Shown here piece by piece: positions 47,716 through 51,142 of a stretch of 51,142 bases of DNA (positions are counted from its first letter, which is position 1; every line of letters begins with the position of its first letter). The position numbers and the translations under genes are program-made. The stretch is from NCBI GenBank assembly GCA_031270985.1, contig JAISWR010000019.1, positions 1-51,142 of the forward strand, given 5' to 3'. The notes beneath the pieces were generated by a model. That model was not told the DNA's origin. It saw only the letters and a list, made by a program, of their open reading frames with translations, and ran no database searches. This DNA is from Bacteroidales bacterium (lineage in GTDB: Bacteria > Bacteroidota > Bacteroidia > Bacteroidales > UBA4181).

Positions 47716-48704
47716 GACGCGGCAGCCGAAAGATATACTTCCAACATTTCCACAGGTGAGGAGGGGATAAGGCGTACATTTTTCAGCGCGGCAGGCAGTA
47801 ACACCGTTTCGCCTTTCTCCATATCCGTGTACCGGTTGCCGCCGTGGTTGATGCGGCATGTTCCTGACACACAGATATAAATGACAAAAGAATCCGTCGC
47901 ATCGTAGTTTTTTTCTACCGGTTGGCTGATGTGTACCATGTTGGCAATGAAATACGGACAACATACCAAATTGACGGTTCCGTCTCGTTTCGGATAGTCG
48001 ATTCTTGTGTCCTGCAAGCGATAATCAATAGCGTCCACGGCGAGTCCGGTGTGGAGTTCGCGTGCTTTTCCGAAAGCATCCGTCCTGTCCCAATCGTAGA
48101 TTCTGTAAGTGACATCAGACGTCTGCTGTATTTCGGCAATCAGAAGATCTTTACCGATGGCGTGAATAACGCCTGCCGGAATGAAAAATGCGTCGCCGGT
48201 CTTCACCTTTTCCGTTCGCAACAGTGTTTTCAGCGTTTTGGTCTCTATCGCGCGGAGATACGATTCTTTGTCCGTTTCGCGGTTAAACCCCATAATCAAC
48301 GTACTGTCGCCGCCCGCCTCCATCACATACCACATCTCCGTTTTGCCGCAGGAACGGTGGCGCTCTTTCGCCAATCGATCGTCGGGATGCACCTGTATGG
48401 AAAGACATTCCCGGGCGTCAATCAACTTTACAAGTATCGGGAACTCCGTTCCGAAGCGGTCATACACCGCATCGCCTACGAGGTTGACTGTGTATATTTC
48501 CGTCAGTTCCTGCAACGAATGGCCTTTCAGAAAGCCGTTCCGCACGATGGAAACGTCACCCCGTACGCCGGAAAGTTCCCAACTCTCGCCTACGCATTTC
48601 GCCGCGCTTTTTTTGCCGGGAAACTCCGTCAACCGCGTCCCGCCCCAAATCCGTTCTTTCAAGATGGGGATAAATTTTAAAGGGTATAATCCTTGTTTTT
48701 CCAT
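47712..48704 (-). CDS. manA: type I mannose-6-phosphate isomerase
   Basis: LYPLKF, RIWGG, GESWE, FPILVKLID, LSIQVHP, KTEMWY, PAGVIHAI, EIQQTSDVTYRIYDW, RELH. Confidence 0.94.
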   Translation of the reverse strand: MEKQGLYPLKFIPILKERIWGGTRLTEFPGKKSAAKCVGESWELSGVRGDVSIVRNGFLKGHSLQELTEIYTVNLVGDAVYDRFGTEFPILVKLIDARECLSIQVHPDDRLAKERHRSCGKTEMWYVMEAGGDSTLIMGFNRETDKESYLRAIETKTLKTLLRTEKVKTGDAFFIPAGVIHAIGKDLLIAEIQQTSDVTYRIYDWDRTDAFGKARELHTGLAVDAIDYRLQDTRIDYPKRDGTVNLVCCPYFIANMVHISQPVEKNYDATDSFVIYICVSGTCRINHGGNRYTDMEKGETVLLPAALKNVRLIPSSPVEMLEVYLSAAAS

Positions 48705-49088
48705 CTTGCAAAAATACAAAATTCCCGATCATCTTCTTACGGCTTTGTGCAGCGTCCGGCAACCGGAATGTGTCAAAAGCTCGATAAAACACGGCGGTGA
48801 AGCATCTTTATATATTTTGATTTTTTTGTGAAATCACCGGTGATTTCTTCCATATATTGCTAATAACAAAATATTTATGACATATAAAGATAAGATGCCG
48901 ATAGCCTTATTGTTTTGTAAAAAAGACAATGCCTCATCATCTTCACAACGTGCATCAATTGGTTCGTATCCTGTGGGGTTTTCCGATTATTTTTACGTGT
49001 CGCACTCAATCTCCTCAAAATTTAAATGCGTTGCCCCGATTTTTTATATTGGTTTGTATCTCCAAAAAATTATCCCTATCTTAGCGGC

Positions 49089-50141
49089 ATGGACAATCGG
49101 CGATTATCAAACCAGAATATATCAGAATATTTTGGCGATCAGATATTTATGCTCAAAGAAGAATTGAGCGTCCCCAAACATATAGTGATCACCATGCACC
49201 ATGGTCCAGATGGTGACGCTATGGGTTCTTCGCTGGCGCTATATCAGTTTTTGCTCAAGCAGGGACATGAGGTATCTGTGGTGACGCCCAACGATTATCC
49301 GGAGTTTTTGCATTGGCTTCCCTGCAATCATGTTGTAGTGAACTACATGAAGCAAAAATCGCTGGCGGAGGAGCTGATAAGGCGGGCGCAATTCATCTTC
49401 CATTTGGACTACAGTCAGTTGAAGCGTAGCGCTGACATGCAACATGTGCTGAGGCAAGCCACTGCCGTCCGCGTGCTGATTGACCACCATCCGGAACCTA
49501 ATCTTTCGTCGAAATATCTTTTTTCCGACAGCGAAGCGAGTTCCACCGGCGAGTTGCTGTATGGCATCATGAAAACGTGGGACTCCTCACTGATTGACCG
49601 CGATATTGCCACCTGCATCTATACGGGGGTGATGACAGATACCGGATGTTTTTGCTATAGAAACGCAGGCGTGCACACCTTTCTGGTGGCTTCGGAATTA
49701 ATGGCGTACAATATTGACCGCATTGCCATACACGAACAGGTGTACGACAATTTTTCCGTGCAACGTATGCGGTTGATGGGCTATTGCTTGAATCACAAGA
49801 TGGAAGTATTTCCCGAATACCGCACGGCGCTCATCAGCCTTAGCATGGAAGATCAGAAACAGTATGATTTTGTGGTGGGCGACTCCGAAGGATTTGTCAA
49901 TTTGCCGCTATCGGTCAAAGGGGTACGTTTTACCGCGTTCTTTCTTGAAAAAGACGATAAAATAAAAATCTCGTTCCGTTCAAAAGGTGATTTTTCCACC
50001 AATGATTTTGCAAAAAAACACTTCAAAGGCGGTGGACATCTGAATGCTTCGGGTGGGGAAACACGGCTGTCACTGGAAAAAACGCTTCACATATTCCGCG
50101 AACTATTACCTCTGTATCAGGATGCGCTCAACATGCCCTAA
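49089..50141 (+). CDS. nrnA: DHH/DHHA1 family phosphoesterase (NrnA nanoRNase/pAp phosphatase)
   Basis: HHGPDGDAMGS, IDHH, ASSTGE, TDTGCF, KISFRSKG, GGGHLNASG. Start could alternatively be 49149. Confidence 0.92.
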   Translation: MDNRRLSNQNISEYFGDQIFMLKEELSVPKHIVITMHHGPDGDAMGSSLALYQFLLKQGHEVSVVTPNDYPEFLHWLPCNHVVVNYMKQKSLAEELIRRAQFIFHLDYSQLKRSADMQHVLRQATAVRVLIDHHPEPNLSSKYLFSDSEASSTGELLYGIMKTWDSSLIDRDIATCIYTGVMTDTGCFCYRNAGVHTFLVASELMAYNIDRIAIHEQVYDNFSVQRMRLMGYCLNHKMEVFPEYRTALISLSMEDQKQYDFVVGDSEGFVNLPLSVKGVRFTAFFLEKDDKIKISFRSKGDFSTNDFAKKHFKGGGHLNASGGETRLSLEKTLHIFRELLPLYQDALNMP

Positions 50142-50694
50142 TCGTTGTGTAATATGGATACTGGTAATGCTTCTGTCCGGCTGCCAGCCCGGGTGCAGGC
50201 GTTACAATGTGCAGCAACCGGAACAAACGTCCGCTGCCGCCAAAACGGACGACTTGTTGCGCATCCACCAATACTTGGTGGATAAGGACATGCAGGATGC
50301 CAAAAGCTATGCCGCTCAAAAAAACTGGCACATGCAAGTTACTCCGTCGGGTTTGCTCTACGAAATTTATTGGCGTGGCGACGGGCGTAAAACCATACCC
50401 GGCCAAATAGTGGAATTATCCTACATCCTTTCGTTAGCGGACAGTTCGCATACGGTATGTTACACTTCGGAGCGGCTTGGAATAAAATCTTTCCGCATCG
50501 GACAGGGAGGTGTGGAGGCAGGACTGGAAGAAGGTGTTCTGCTGATGCGCGAGGGCGACAAAGCGCATTTCATCCTGCTGCCTCATCTGGCGTACGGGCT
50601 TATGGGTGACGACGGCTGTATCCCCCGCAGAGCCACGATTGTGTATGACGTGGAGTTGCTTGGCATCCGGAATGTGCCGAATACAGATGAATAA
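50122..50694 (+). CDS. FKBP-type peptidyl-prolyl cis-trans isomerase, lipoprotein (GldI-like)
   Basis: TPSGLLY, GDG, GLEEGVLLMREGDKAHFILLPHLAYG, IPRRATIVYDVEL. Lipobox LSGC. Start uncertain. Confidence 0.88.
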   Translation: MRSTCPNRCVIWILVMLLSGCQPGCRRYNVQQPEQTSAAAKTDDLLRIHQYLVDKDMQDAKSYAAQKNWHMQVTPSGLLYEIYWRGDGRKTIPGQIVELSYILSLADSSHTVCYTSERLGIKSFRIGQGGVEAGLEEGVLLMREGDKAHFILLPHLAYGLMGDDGCIPRRATIVYDVELLGIRNVPNTDE

Positions 50695-50701
50695 CATTCC
50701 A

Positions 50702-50758
50702 CAGGGCTGTTTTCCAAAATGTTGAGCCGTGAATGTCGCCGAGAATGATTGTTTTTAT
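50702..50758 (-). pseudogene. 5' remnant of a calcineurin-like metallophosphoesterase
   Basis: Minus strand ATA AAA ACA ATC ATT CTC GGC GAC ATT CAC GGC TCA ACA TTT TGG AAA ACA GCC CTG = (I/M)KTIILGDIHGSTFWKTAL, the typical motif-I N-terminus (GDIHG). ATA sits where ATG is expected, and similarity ends at the FKBP gene 3' end. Confidence 0.65.
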
Positions 50759-50765
50759 TTTTGAG

Positions 50766-50970
50766 TGCAAAGACAATGTGAGACTACGCCAAAATGTGTC
50801 GTGGTTGTAAAATTTTTGAAATTTATTTTTGAAATTTTTATAAAGCGCTGTATTATAAATTATTTTCTTTCAAGCGTAGGCTCAATTTTTTTCAATATGT
50901 AAAATAACTTGACATCTACTTCGATGCAAAGATAATGCGAAACTACGCCAAACTATGTCGTAGTTGTAAA
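50766..50970 (-). repeat. two 46-bp imperfect direct repeats (50766-50811, 50925-50970), each a palindromic operator plus -7 promoter element
   Basis: 40/46 identical. Minus-strand copy 2 reads TTTACAACTACGAC-ATAGTTT-GGCGTAGTTTCGCAT-TATCTTTG-CA. Copy 1 has TGTCTTTG in place of the -7 box. Confidence 0.85.
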
Positions 50971-51049
50971 TTTTGTGGAAAAATCAATACTTTTTCAACG
51001 CCCTGACATAAGTTTGGTAAGTTCAAATAGTAAATGCAACTAAAGTAAG

Positions 51050-51088
51050 AAAAAAACCTCTGTTGGGGGCATGCCCCCAACAGAGGTT
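51050..51088 (-). terminator. perfect 34-bp palindrome with U-tail; probable intrinsic terminator of a minus-strand transcript entering from beyond the window
   Basis: AACCTCTGTTGGGGGCA|TGCCCCCAACAGAGGTT (51055-51088) is a perfect inverted repeat. It is flanked on the left by an A run, which is a T run on the minus strand. Confidence 0.75.
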
Positions 51089-51142
51089 GAGAAAAAAGTT
51101 TTTACTTTGTACTTGCAATGAAAAATAAAAAACAATTAACCC

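Noticed and set aside
48877-49167. 96-aa ORF between manA and nrnA
   Set aside because: AT-rich divergent promoter region, no motifs, and it overlaps the nrnA start in another frame.
50766-50970. The 46-bp repeats as a CRISPR array
   Set aside because: Only two copies, 13% divergent, with a 113-bp spacer and no cas genes. A promoter/operator reading fits better.

Overview
Gene-dense chromosomal window from a Bacteroidota, most likely a Bacteroidales. This rests on TAnnTTTG -7 promoter motifs, many lipoproteins, Bacteroidota-type ECF sigma and DUF4861 genes, and an anaerobic 2-oxoacid:ferredoxin oxidoreductase. Housekeeping content: tRNA-Leu(TAG), yceD-rpmF-plsX-fabH, galE, aroK, holA, dpp5-like S9 peptidase, mazG, radC, rpsT, PNP, plsC, hflX, pepD, korA, rimM, metK, manA, nrnA and an FKBP PPIase. 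These are interleaved with scattered glycan-utilisation genes: LacI regulator, exported tandem dicupin, a 1271-aa LamG protein of unknown function, YhcH-like lipoprotein, GH106, kduD, DUF4861, GH3, GH95 and an alpha/beta-hydrolase-SGNH fusion. I see no CRISPR array, transposase, integrase or rRNA. The most interesting signals are: (1) at the right end, a duplicated 46-bp promoter plus palindromic operator (TACGnC-N7-GTCGTA, WYL/DriD-like) directly upstream of an unannotated metallophosphoesterase 5' remnant; (2) an intact PurL-fold ORF that has lost the catalytic motifs, a probable pseudoenzyme; (3) a LacI-dicupin-giant LamG cluster that may encode an uncharacterised carbohydrate-active system; (4) repeated operon fragmentation, with korA, TolC/MFP, MBOAT, ECF sigma, kduD and a KS-like gene all lacking their usual neighbours. 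All assignments come from motif recognition by eye; no database searches were run.
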